A DNA stretch of 63,442 nucleotides, filler included, from Stramenopiles sp. TOSAG23-6 (lineage: Eukaryota): assembly GCA_900128565.1 (NCBI GenBank). It is 24 parts of 24 records of this genome, joined end to end, with 100 filler letters (N's around TTAATTAATTAA, not from the genome) between each part and the next. Parts side by side here need not be neighbours in the genome. Positions count along the whole stretch, not along the records: positions 50,354 to 52,893 come from LT637978.1; positions 52,994 to 55,533 come from LT637979.1; positions 55,634 to 58,170 come from LT637980.1; positions 58,271 to 60,806 come from LT637981.1; positions 60,907 to 63,442 come from LT637982.1; 19 more parts are not named here. One strand, 5' to 3'. The notes under the pieces were generated by a model that ran no database searches, was not told where the DNA came from, and was given only the letters and a program-made list of their open reading frames with translations. Positions 52,565 through 63,442 of this stretch are shown here, in pieces; positions within the stretch are counted from its first letter, which is position 1, and each line of letters begins with the position of its first letter. The position numbers and the translations under genes were made by a program.

Positions 52565-53049
52565 ATGAGTTTTTATTTGATTTTTATACAAGTTTATGCT
52601 ATAATGTCTCATTTAAAAGTAGTTGAAGTTTTTCCATATTCCATTCTAGAATGTCAACGATATCCCATGTACAATAAATTGTTTGTGTACAAACCAAGTA
52701 TACATGATTCTACCATACGATTCCCTATAAAAAATATTTTACCCTAACCCTAACAAACCAAGTATACATGATTCTACCGTACGATTCCCTATAAAAAATA
52801 TTTTTCACATTTTTTTCTTTGGCATTGACAGATGTATGATGAAAAAATATTTCAAAAAAAAACTANAATNTNTNTTCTNTGNAAANTTTCGTANNNNNNN
52901 NNNNNNNNNNNNNNNNNNNNNNNNNNNNNNNNNNNNNTTAATTAATTAANNNNNNNNNNNNNNNNNNNNNNNNNNNNNNNNNNNNNNNNNNNNATTTTGT
53001 ACCTAACAAATTTAAGTTTTTTTTTTTGAAATATTTTTCCAAAATACAT

Positions 53050-54110
53050 GAAAATGTCTTTTATCCAATTATATTCCAAGAACCCAAAGAAGAAGAAATA
53101 ATGACAAAGTCTGCTGATAAGAATGTGGTGAACCCTAATTCTAGTTCAACAGATGATGACTATAAAATTGCAGTATGTTTTGCTTATCTTAGAAATGTGT
53201 ATCAACATAGTCTTATTAATACTTCAGTATTTGAATTAGTTGTTAGTCAAATGATCCGATCAAAAAGATATAAAGTATTAGATCAATTTCTTTTATATCA
53301 CAATTCTTACGACTCAATGCAATTAGGAGTAGTTTTAGCAGAAGCAGCTCTCTTTTATCCTGTACGTTTTCATTTCAATTTCGATTTTTTTTTTTTTTTG
53401 GTAAAAAAAATTTGTACCTAACAATTTTAATTTTGGAAATATTTTTCATACTCCATCCTCTACGATGTCGTGCGAATGATGTAATGATGAAATTGAAGGA
53501 ATCGGACAATATCATCAATAATTTATTGCGTAATAATGAATTATTTAGAGCAATGCGAATTGTTTTATATCGAAGCAAATCATCTACTTATCAACCGAAA
53601 CATTTTGCTTCAAATACTAGTCAAAATAAGACGATATTATTTAATAGATATAATCGAAATTCAGCCGAATTACAAGAAATAAGATACACGCCAAGCAAAT
53701 CTCGTGTTGAAAAGTTCTTTCTCACTGCTTTGAATATTTCATATACAAAACTCCATCAAACTCAAAATAGAGAGTCAATGTCTTCTCCTTCGGAATATTT
53801 GGAACACCAATGTTTGTATGTTTTCATTATTAATTTAAATTATTAATTTAAATTATTTATATTTGTTTTCATAGAAAATATTGTACCTAACGAATTTTTT
53901 TTTACGAAAAAAAAAAAATATTTTTCACAATACTTGATGGTTTTTCGTGGTGTTCAAAATTTCTTTGAAAAATGGGCACACAGCCCAGTCACCTCATTAG
54001 GCTCATCTGGAGTTTTAAAATTACCTCCCATTGGATCTGTACATTCGTTATCAGAACCAAATTTTGGTGGATTAAGAGAAAAAGTTATTCAATTGTTTGG
54101 AATAAAATAG
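53050..54110 (+). CDS. RMC1: Regulator of MON1-CCZ1 (Mic1/C18orf8)-like, 3' part
   Basis: L.QFLLYH..DS..L...FYPP...D.M.KL....I...LL pattern. Confidence 0.72.
53362..53456 (+). mobile_element. GT-AT introner-like intron
   Basis: CT|GTACG...ATACTCCAT; joins FYP|P. Confidence 0.87.
53816..53935 (+). mobile_element. Family intron, GT...TT variant
   Basis: TT|GTATG...CACAATACTT; opens a final exon of about 58 codons. Confidence 0.82.
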
Positions 54111-54183
54111 TACAAATTTTCATACTACTAAATAATCAATAGATATTTATTTACTTTACATCGATAGAAAATATTTATTTAGT

Positions 54184-55209
54184 TTATAATCCTATTTCGT
54201 TAACTATAATTATATCTGAATCAAACTTATTAATCCCACGGAAACCATGATTGTAAGTAGTCGTAGTATTTTTATCTTTTTGTTTTTCCTCTTTTAGTAC
54301 ATCTTTATGATCAATTTCTTCTTGTTGTTGTTTTTCCTCTTTTAGTACATTTTTATTGTCAGTTTCTTGTTGTTGTTGTTTTTCCTCTTTTAGTATAGCT
54401 AATTCACTCTCTATTGCTGCTATTCGTGAATTCACATCACCAGGTGCAAATTTTATATCATCAAAACTATTAACAATATTTGACTCTTCATTCATTGTAT
54501 CTGTTGTCTCTTGTGATCTATCCTCTCTATTTTCGATGTGAGCACTAGTTGGAGTATAACAACTCAGACATAAGTCAAAATCACAAATTCGACAACCCAT
54601 TAAAACTGTTTGAGAAAGTTGAGGTTTCATACATTTATCACATCCATAACCAGCTCGTTCAGTTACATGTCGTATCAGGCCATGTTTACCAGGACAATTA
54701 TTTGTACTAATATGTTTCTTTCGGCTAGATGGATGCAAAGATGAAGAACTGGATGAACCTTTCTTTACACTCACTAAATACATTGCTGCATTCTGCACAT
54801 CATCCTCTGTGGTTTCCATTAGAGATCTACTAACTTTAAACATAGCCGGGTGCTTTTTATCCATGACAGTAAATACGACTTCAAGAGGGGGGCAACCTTC
54901 TTCCATACACTCTAATTCAGCAACACTTACATATGCGTCAGGATATCGTTCTTCATATAGACGTTCAACACTATCCTCAGCCCACCCACGTACTAGGGAT
55001 AAGTGCTTGCGCCTGGCTATATCATCGGCACTTCTCTTAAAACGGTTTATAGCACTAAAAAGCGGTCCTGTTTGAGTATTTGAAGACGAGATAATTGGAC
55101 GTTGTGCCGTTTGTGACGTGATTTGGTGACCTACCAGACTCTCTAGAGAAGGAAGGTCATCGACATCTGATCTGTTGAAATTTGCACACCACTTACACAT
55201 GAAATTCAA
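54184..55209 (-). CDS. Hypothetical protein with a ZZ/C1-like zinc finger
   Basis: CPGKHGL...CDKC...GCRICDFDLCLSCY. Confidence 0.65.
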   Translation of the reverse strand: MNFMCKWCANFNRSDVDDLPSLESLVGHQITSQTAQRPIISSSNTQTGPLFSAINRFKRSADDIARRKHLSLVRGWAEDSVERLYEERYPDAYVSVAELECMEEGCPPLEVVFTVMDKKHPAMFKVSRSLMETTEDDVQNAAMYLVSVKKGSSSSSSLHPSSRKKHISTNNCPGKHGLIRHVTERAGYGCDKCMKPQLSQTVLMGCRICDFDLCLSCYTPTSAHIENREDRSQETTDTMNEESNIVNSFDDIKFAPGDVNSRIAAIESELAILKEEKQQQQETDNKNVLKEEKQQQEEIDHKDVLKEEKQKDKNTTTTYNHGFRGINKFDSDIIIVNEIGL

Positions 55210-55738
55210 CTAAAATCTGTGGGATATTCGCGACTTTTTATAAAATGAAATACAATAATAGCTATGTTTTACGTATCCTCTCACTCTCTCGAGACATTCG
55301 CTTCTAAAAAAAACTGTACATATTGCTCCATATTATTGCTTTTGAGAATTCGTGTTTACATACTATTATTAGAGATTTCGTTACTATTTGAAAATAATAA
55401 AATTATTAAAATGTACAATTTAACTAGCTATAATATATATATATATATGATTTTTTTAATTTTTATTTTCATCATTCAAATCAACATAAAAAAAAGCAGC
55501 GATGATATATCGAACACCCTTACTTATAGTTTGNNNNNNNNNNNNNNNNNNNNNNNNNNNNNNNNNNNNNNNNNNNNTTAATTAATTAANNNNNNNNNNN
55601 NNNNNNNNNNNNNNNNNNNNNNNNNNNNNNNNNATTTTGGAAAAATATTAAATTTTTTTTTTTTAAAATTTGTTAGGTACAAAATTTCCTATTAAAAAAT
55701 AAATTCGATTTTTTTGTTAAAAAAAAAATAAAACATAC

Positions 55739-56956
55739 ATTTTTTCCGCAGCCGTTGAAACAAGAACACTCATTTTTTTACGTGGTGAACAAATATGCTT
55801 TGGAGATGTAGACGATTCTCTTTTTTTTGAACTTTTTGAACTTTTTGGAGATGTAGAAGTGTCTCTTTTTTTTGAATTTTTTGAAGGTTTCGAATTGGGT
55901 GTTTTTTCTGTTGTTTTTTTTCGTGATGTTTTTGAAAAATTATCTAGAGACGTTTCAGATGTATCATGTTGTGAATCATCAACTGTAGCAGGACCTTGTA
56001 TGTTATCTACCCTTGTCTTTTGTAAACAACATTGTTTTGAGCCCTTTCCATTAACAACATAAGGTTGTTTTCTTACTTGTCTCAGCATTTTTTTTACATT
56101 AGTCAGAGTTTGCTTTAAGATATGNGGTGGGCAAATATCTACTTTTGTTATGACAACAATTAAAGGTATATGAAGACATGTAGCTAGACCTACATGTTCA
56201 CGAGTCATTTTAGGTACGCCCATGTTTGATCCAACTAATACTATGGCATAGTCAGGTCGCAATCCTGTTAGTCCATAAATTGTTGTTTTTAAATATTTTC
56301 TATGTCCACAAAGATCAAATAAATGAATCTGCCGATCTGTTTTTTCCATTATTTCTTTAAAATAACTTTTAGGTTTTCCTCTTTTAAGATCTATAATGAT
56401 TTAATGGTATATACTAAGTGTTGTACGATGAGTTTGGTTTGTGTTTTTATAGTGCAAATGGAAACGTTGAAAAAATATATACATATTGTGTTGTCATTTC
56501 AATGTAAAAAAACGTACCAACAAAGATTTGTTCCGATATTGAATCATCATCTGTGCTATCGTCGGCAGGTTGATCACGATATCCGATAAGTTGTTGTGAT
56601 ATTGAACTCGTTCTTCCACTTTCAGCTTCGTGCTTGTGTGAGAAAACGACTTCACGAGCAAGACCACGTCCGTCATCTAGTTTTCCACCACAAAGAACAC
56701 CGATTAAAGTTGACTTTCCACTATCAACATTACCAATCATAGCAATGCGAATCTCATTGCCACCATATGACTTTTTTGTGGAATCTAAAACATCTGGCAT
56801 TCTTGTTGAAATATCTTTTACACCAATTTCTGTAAAAGTTTCAACTGAAGATATTTTTCGATTTATTCCAATTTTCAAATAATTTTCTACAAAGAAAGAA
56901 CTCTCTGCAATCAACAGGTTTGTTCCATTTTGAACATTTGAAAACAATAAAAACAA
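55739..56956 (-). CDS. GTPBP1/GTPBP2-family translational GTPase, partial; GT-AG intron 56391-56517; family intron from 55738; start uncertain
   Basis: [40 protein letters not shown]. Confidence 0.92.
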
Positions 56957-57161
56957 TACATCAAATATTGAATATTCATTTGATTCAAAAAAAATATATA
57001 AAAATAAAACGAAATTTTATAGTAGTTTCACATATTTACCTACACACATAGGATTTCATTCTCACAACTTTACTATAAAAAAAAAGGTTTTGCAATCAAT
57101 CCAACGAATCAAAATTCAAACCTAAATGACTGCTAATTAATTGTATTACTGAAGAAATACT

Positions 57162-58170
57162 TTAGATGACAGCTAATTGTATTACCGAGGAAATACTTTC
57201 TTGTATCTCATTTTCAGACTGTGTTGAAAATGAATTCTTTAATGCAGGTACCACAGTATTCATCACCAAATCCGAGGTGATATTTAAATGTTCCCCAGGT
57301 TGTGCTACAAATTTAACTTTTTGTTCATTATCCAAACTTTTCAAACCAATCCAATCTTCTTTATATAACAAAGTATCAGTGTATTTCATGACAGTTTTTT
57401 TCTCTTCATCACCCCACCAACCAAACCATTCAGTATCAGGTGGTGAAAGAACTGTATCAGCTACAAACTTTACCAAAACAAGACTGTTCAAATGAGAAAA
57501 TTTCTTTTTGTATTTTGTTTGTAAATGACCCTTTTTTTCATTATTTGAATCTGGTAACCATGTACACTTGTTTATATATGAAGTCATATGTTTTGGATCT
57601 TTGTAATAATTAGCTGGTGCGAAACGTTTTTGGACGAAATCAGCATATACTTCGTCACCAATGAGAGAATTTATCAGTTTACAATACCACGCATTAGAGG
57701 TGCACTGTGGCAGTGCCGAGGTTCCTTGATGCATTCCTCCAAGAGAAACGTAGTTATATACAGGACCAGAGTCACATTCTTCAATAATACCACGTGCAAC
57801 GGCGTTACCTTGACTTAGACCCACAATATTAAATCCTTTTGTAAGTTTTGAGTCGGCTTTGATGGCAGTACATGCTTTTTGTATTTGTGTTTGAATTGTT
57901 GTTGTCAACGATGCAGAACCCGAACCATATTCAATACACACACCATACGATCCTGAAGATTTTGACATTTGCTCAGTTAGCTGTTTCATACCCCCATTAG
58001 AACAAGAGTCCATGAGACCATGTAAAGTTATGAACGGTCGAGGAGTAGTCCCACCATGAACAGATATAGTATCCGTTGTCACTGTCGTTGCTAATTGAGG
58101 TAGTTCGCCATTAAATTTTAAAACAGTGGGCAAATATAACTCATTTACAGCGTTAATACACGGAATAAGC
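57162..58170 (-). CDS. PPT1: Palmitoyl-protein thioesterase, 5'-truncated
   Basis: HGLMDSC, GLSQG, SLGGMHQG, PANYYKDP, LYKEDWIGLKSL, GEHL. Confidence 0.9.
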
Positions 58171-58417
58171 NNNNNNNNNNNNNNNNNNNNNNNNNNNNNN
58201 NNNNNNNNNNNNNNTTAATTAATTAANNNNNNNNNNNNNNNNNNNNNNNNNNNNNNNNNNNNNNNNNNNNGTACGAAATTTTGTACCTAACGAATTTTTT
58301 TTTGAAATATTTTTCCAAAATACATGTTTCGTACAAGCAAAGGAATGGGTGTGCGTATGAATGGATGTTTGAGTGGTTTTGCACCTGCGATGAATGGTTT
58401 ACTTGAAAGTTCAATTT

Positions 58418-59715
58418 TCACTCAGAATATTTGTTCGACAGTTGTATGTCTGGTTCAGCAATTTCGCTTGATGTTGGTGAAAATTGGATTTTTTGAGGAG
58501 AAGAAATCCTCTCTTTTAGTATACCACATCCTAATTTCCCAAATCTATTATCTCCCCAAGACCAAAGTAAAGGTCCTTGAGGTTGAAACATTGGAATACC
58601 AATACAGTGATAGAACGACGCACTAATTGTCTTTAAGCCAAGTTTTGATAAAGCAGAAATTGTAGTAGGAATGTTATAGTTTTCCTGAGGAAGACATAAT
58701 TGACCATATCGATTACACCCCCATCCAAATACTTCTGCAAATACGTCTGAAGATTCTTTCTCATCTAATTGTTTACTGACTTCATTTGACTCTGCCAGAG
58801 CAAATGAGTGTTTCACGCCAGCGTGTACAAACTTAATTTTCTGTTTTATACTACTCAAGTGTATTGGGTGAAGAGCTTTTGTAGTATTATCAGGTAAATC
58901 AATTCCAATTTCACCAAAAGTATTTGTACCCCATACCCACACCTTGCCTGTTTCAGATAGTGCCAATGTGTGTTTCAATCCACACGAAATCTGTTTGATT
59001 TTTTCTGTTGCATTATTCAAGACACATAAGACAAGATAAGGCGAATATTCGGCAAAACTAATTTTACCATTACCAATACAGGCATACATATTACATCCCC
59101 AGGTATAACAATATCCTCCTTCGAGAACACAGCCTGAATGTATTTTGGAAAAATATTTCAAAAAAAATCGTTAGGTATGAAATTTCGTATGAAAAAAAAA
59201 ATTAAATTAGAAATTCATATAAAACGTACATGATTGAATCCAGCAGATAGTGATATGATTGGTCCACAGATTGAAGATGAAGAAATTTTACGAGGTGCCA
59301 AAATTTCTTGAAAATCTGAATAATCATCAGAAACAACACTTTTGAGCGTTCCACTTAAAGAAGAAGAAATAGCTAAAGAATCTATACCTAGTCGACCATG
59401 GTCTACTTTGCCCCACGAAAACACTATTGAGTCACTTTCTATTTTGGATTCTATTTTGGATTTTTTGTTGTATCTTTCTTTGTTGTTATGTCTTGAAATT
59501 ATCTGATGTCTTTCTTTGTCGTTTTTTACTGATTCACTATGCTTATATTCTGATTTTTCATCTAAGTGATATTTATCTGGTTTATATCGTGTAGAATTGG
59601 TTGAAGTATCTGCTACTTTCTTATTATCCTGAGGAATTCTAAATCTGTTAGCTATATACTCTTCATCCTCACTTGAACTAGAAGAACTATATAAAAATAG
59701 ATCTTTTTGGTTCAT
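58418..59715 (-). CDS. RCC1-repeat protein, 2 exons
   Basis: VFSWGKVDHGRLG, SCGLKHTLAL, WGTNTFGEIG, WGDNRFGKLG. Confidence 0.88.
59138..59229 (-). mobile_element. GT-AT introner-like intron
   Basis: Joins SAGFNH|SGCV. Confidence 0.92.
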
Positions 59716-60054
59716 ACTTGTATGAATATGGTATTATGTATTAGAAGAATAAAACTATTTGATCTTGTTAAAAGGGACAGCAACCAATACAATAGTTACA
59801 GCTTACAGCTATCAAAGACTGAACTTGTGGTAAGAATAATTATGGTACACAGTATCTTGATTTGAGATTCTCACAGGAACGATTTTGAAAATTTTCAAAC
59901 CAGTCAGGTACCGGGTATCTTTCATTTTTTTTGACATGTACGTTTTTTCATCATGCAATAAATTTTTTTACATTTTTGCCCATTATTATTTTGATAATGA
60001 ATCATTTATTTTATTTTTCCTAGTATAATAAAACTATCTTTCACATTTTCTACT

Positions 60055-60740
60055 CTATGTTTCTTTGTACATTGATGCAGTCTTGATAAATTTTGCACAA
60101 AAGAAGCCAGGTACATCACAGTCATTTAAAGCATCAACTATTTTGTTACAAGGCTCGAAACGCTGCACTTTGTATCGCTCTTCTTCTGTTAAACCACAAT
60201 TTTTCAAACCAGGTAATCCAATACGTGGTACAGCATCAACTAAGCGAAGAGGATAATTATCGAGCAAATAACGAACTGCGCCTTCATTTTCCATTGGGCT
60301 TATCGTACAAGTACTGAATACTAATGTACCACCTGGTTTCAATAGACGAACAGCACACCACATAAAGTTACGAGCAAATTTTTCACTTCCTTCCAAATCA
60401 ATTTTTGTGGTATAACTACATTCCAATCGTGGTCTAAGGCCAAGTGCAGAACAAGGTGGATCTAAGAGTACACGATCAAAAGACTCAGGTGGAAACCCTT
60501 TCACTTTTGCAGTTTTGCTACAGTTTGACGTTTTTTGAAGAATTTCTTTAACAGTTGTAGCAGTTTTAGATTTTGGTATGTTTTCTTGATTTTCTTGTTT
60601 TTTCTGTTTATCAGCTCCATTGTGTCCTGTTATTGGATCTAAAACACAATGAGTAGAGTCCATCACAATGCATCGATTAAACAGTCCAAGCTTCACACAT
60701 TTTTCGGCCATGCGTTTTACCTTATTTTTACTACGATCAC
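60055..60740 (-). CDS. NSUN6: NSUN6-like RNA m5C methyltransferase, last exon; family intron end at 60741
   Basis: FDRVLLDPPCSALGLRPRL, LKPGGTLVFSTCT..P.ENE, GFFCAKF. Confidence 0.85.
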
Positions 60741-60906
60741 ATATATTTTGTAAAAATATTTCAAAAAAAAACTAAAATTTGTTAGGTACAAAATTTTTAT
60801 AAAAAANNNNNNNNNNNNNNNNNNNNNNNNNNNNNNNNNNNNNNNNNNNNTTAATTAATTAANNNNNNNNNNNNNNNNNNNNNNNNNNNNNNNNNNNNNN
60901 NNNNNN

Positions 60907-62762
60907 TTTCAAGTACATGATTGATAAATTGGACTGCATCAATCACTTGATTTATATTTGTTTTTTTCCTACTAAAATCAATACTAAATTTCCTTCTTGT
61001 GCGTTTTTCCTTTTTAGTGATATTATGATCAGTTCGTAGCTTACTATTGCTATTTTTCATATTTATATTTGGTGTTGATAACGATTTTTTTCTTACCGAT
61101 GTTGTATTATTATTCACTTTTGTCCTACGATTAGGAGATGATCTCTGTTTTGTATTATGATTATGATTATTACTATTATTATTCACTTTTGTCCTACGAT
61201 TAGGAGATGAGCTCTGTTTTGTATTATGATTATGATTATTAACTCTTGTACTACTTGAAGGTGATCTCTGTTTTATATGACTTGTTTCCTTCATATGAGT
61301 AGTAAGAGGGATATCACGTGTACGTGAGCGTTTTGGATATTTTGGAGTCATATGCCTCTTTCTTCTCGGTGGGAGTGTTGGTTTTGGTTTATACCCACTT
61401 TTAATATATAACATTCCAAATGCATCTCTTCCATTTCTTGCATGTCTTATCATTTTACGTCGTTTCTTTACATGTGATTTGAGTAATGTACTTCTTAGAA
61501 ATTGATGAAAATCTGTCGAACCTCCATCAAGTAAATGTCTTATTTTCGTTTTAATTTCAAGTAAATCTTGTTCCATTTTTAAAATTCTTGGCAATCTTTG
61601 TTTGAATACATCTCTTCTGTTAAACTTTTTTTCAGCTTTTATTTCAAGACGAATTTCTTTTGCATGTGCTTTCCATTCATTTAGTAACTTCATACGTTTC
61701 ATTGTAGAAAATATATCATTTTTTGTAAAAAAATATTTCAAACATTTGAAATCGTTAGGTACGAAATTTCGTACGAAAAAAAAATAAATTTGAAAAAAAA
61801 ATAAAACGTACATTTTTTCTTCCGTCAAAAAAAGAACGCCTCTCCTCAAGACGTTTAACTCTGTTTGAAAGAACATTTTCTACTTTTCCATCTCTTCCAT
61901 GTACTACTTTTTTAAAATTTTCTTCAGCATTGTTCATCTCTTTATTCACAAAATCAGCAGATATTTTTATACCATGTGAAATTGAATCTTTTATTGCCTT
62001 TATATTTTCTTCAGCATTGTTCATCTCTTTATTCACTACATCAACTGTTTTTTTCCTCATTGCCTTTATATTTTCTTCAATATTGTTCATCTCTTTATTG
62101 ATAGCATGCAATGTTTGTTCTCCACTGTCCCTTATTACTCTTTGCATAGCATTTTCAGTCGCCCTCAGCTTGGATTCAGCATAATTCAACTCTTTTGTAA
62201 CAAAATGCGCCGCTTGTTTTGTACTGTTTGCTACCATAGTTTTGGATTTTTTAATACCTGAACCAACTTGATGCAACTCTTTATTAAGAATCGTTTTGGA
62301 TTTTTTAATACCTGAACTAATTTGATGCAACTCTTTATTAAGAAAAGGAACGACTTTACTTTTTTGTTTAGTTTTCAGTTTCTTATCTGATTTTTGAGAT
62401 GTTTCAATTTTTACACTAGAACTCGATTTTTTATCGTCATTTTCGAGAGCTTTACCAGGATGATCAGATGGTGGAGACAATCCTCTCATTCGCGCATATT
62501 GTGCTTGCATATGTTGATACGTAGCTATTGCTTTAGACTCTTCTATAGGATGATGTTTGTTTACATTTTCACCTTTAGTCGTTGCTTTACTTGAAGTATT
62601 TATGTTCTGTCTTGATTTTGGCTTACTACCATCACTTGAAGAGTCACTCTCGAAAGAGTCATTCTTGAAAGAATCACTCGAAGAAGTGTAACTACTACCA
62701 CCATTTGAAGTAGACCCTTCTTCAGCTTTGGAACTGGAATTTTTCGGATTACGCGATGACAT
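60907..62762 (-). CDS. Hypothetical coiled-coil/basic protein, 2 exons, 3'-truncated
   Basis: Two long ORFs joined by the family intron 61715-61811. Confidence 0.65.
61715..61811 (-). mobile_element. GT-AT introner-like intron
   Basis: AT|GTACG...ACAAAAAATGAT. Confidence 0.85.
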
Positions 62763-63089
62763 AAATACAGATACACTAAAGTTCTTAAAGTTCTGTATAT
62801 ATTCTTAAGAATAGATGAGATTCTTACTAAAGATGGGTGATTGGTTTTGTAACGCTGCGGCACTGGATACTACTACTACTACTGTACTGGTCGCTTGTAA
62901 AAAGAAACTCAATTTTTCGTCAATTTTTCTGAAACGGATCTTTCAAAAATCACGAAATATAATAAAAACCATGTCTTCGGGGATAATAAATCTAAAAAAA
63001 TATAATCAAAAATCGACATTTATTGTGTAAATAGTATATAATTCATCAAAGTTGAATCTATTTTGGATGTCCAATAATGACAGTCAAAA

Positions 63090-63384
63090 TTATTCATGGA
63101 TTTTCTTTGCCCGTGCAAACAGAGAATTAATTACTGTACCCATATAGTGTGAAAAAATATTCCAAAAAGAAATCGTTAAGTATAAAATTTTCTATAAAAA
63201 AATAAATTGAAATTAGAAATTAAAATTCCAAAAAGAAATCGTTAAGTATGAAATTTTCTATAAAAAAATAAATTGAAATTAGAAATTAAAATGAAGGATG
63301 AAAAACCTACATATTCTTCACAACTCCAATTGCACCCTTAAATACTCTATCTTCGTTTTGTGGTTCAAAAATAATTAAATGTCC
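63090..63384 (-). CDS. RPN6: 26S proteasome lid subunit Rpn6 C-terminus; exons 63384-63311 and 63141-63090
   Basis: Spliced peptide GHLIIFEPQNEDRVFKGAIGVVKNMGTVINSLFARAKKIHE resembles the PSMD11 C-terminus. Confidence 0.72.
63142..63310 (-). mobile_element. GT-AT introner-like intron with an internal duplication of about 65 bp
   Basis: AT|GTAGG...TACTTAAC twice...CACACTATAT. Confidence 0.82.
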
Positions 63385-63442
63385 ACGTATTGTGAAAAAA
63401 TATTTCAAAAAAAAATCGTTAGGTACAAAATTTCGTATGAAA

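Overview
This is not one locus. It is a concatenation of 24 size-sorted contigs of about 2.55 kb (20 distinct; the first appears five times), joined by an artificial N44-TTAATTAATTAA-N44 linker. The DNA is AT-rich, gene-dense and eukaryotic. YSPTSPA-type RPB1 heptads suggest a stramenopile-like protist (inference). Recognisable genes include OST48/DDOST, RPB1, a GTPBP1/2-type GTPase, PPT1, an NSUN6-like methyltransferase, RPAIN, RMC1, RPN6, an FKBP, a PDI-C/ERGIC protein, GMC and quinone oxidoreductases, a metacaspase-subtilisin reading frame, a kinase-PP2C reading frame and a partial tRNA-Ala. The dominant unexplained signal is a family of about 55 related elements, mostly 90-140 bp, that interrupt coding sequence and are oriented sense to the host gene, with one clear inverted copy. 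Their consensus is exon-AT | GTAYGTTTT..TTCGAATTT..TTTCGTACGAAATTTTGTACCTAAC..GAAATATTTTTCMMAATACAT | exon. Removing them exactly from GT to the terminal AT restores conserved protein motifs (HGTH|VAG, PDVY|GVY, HP-W, FYP|P), and at the junctions checked no usable AG acceptor lies nearby. They look like a massively amplified, introner-like family of non-canonical GT-AT introns with short terminal inverted repeats and a 2-nt target-site-like repeat. Splicing is inferred from reading frames only; no transcript data are available here.
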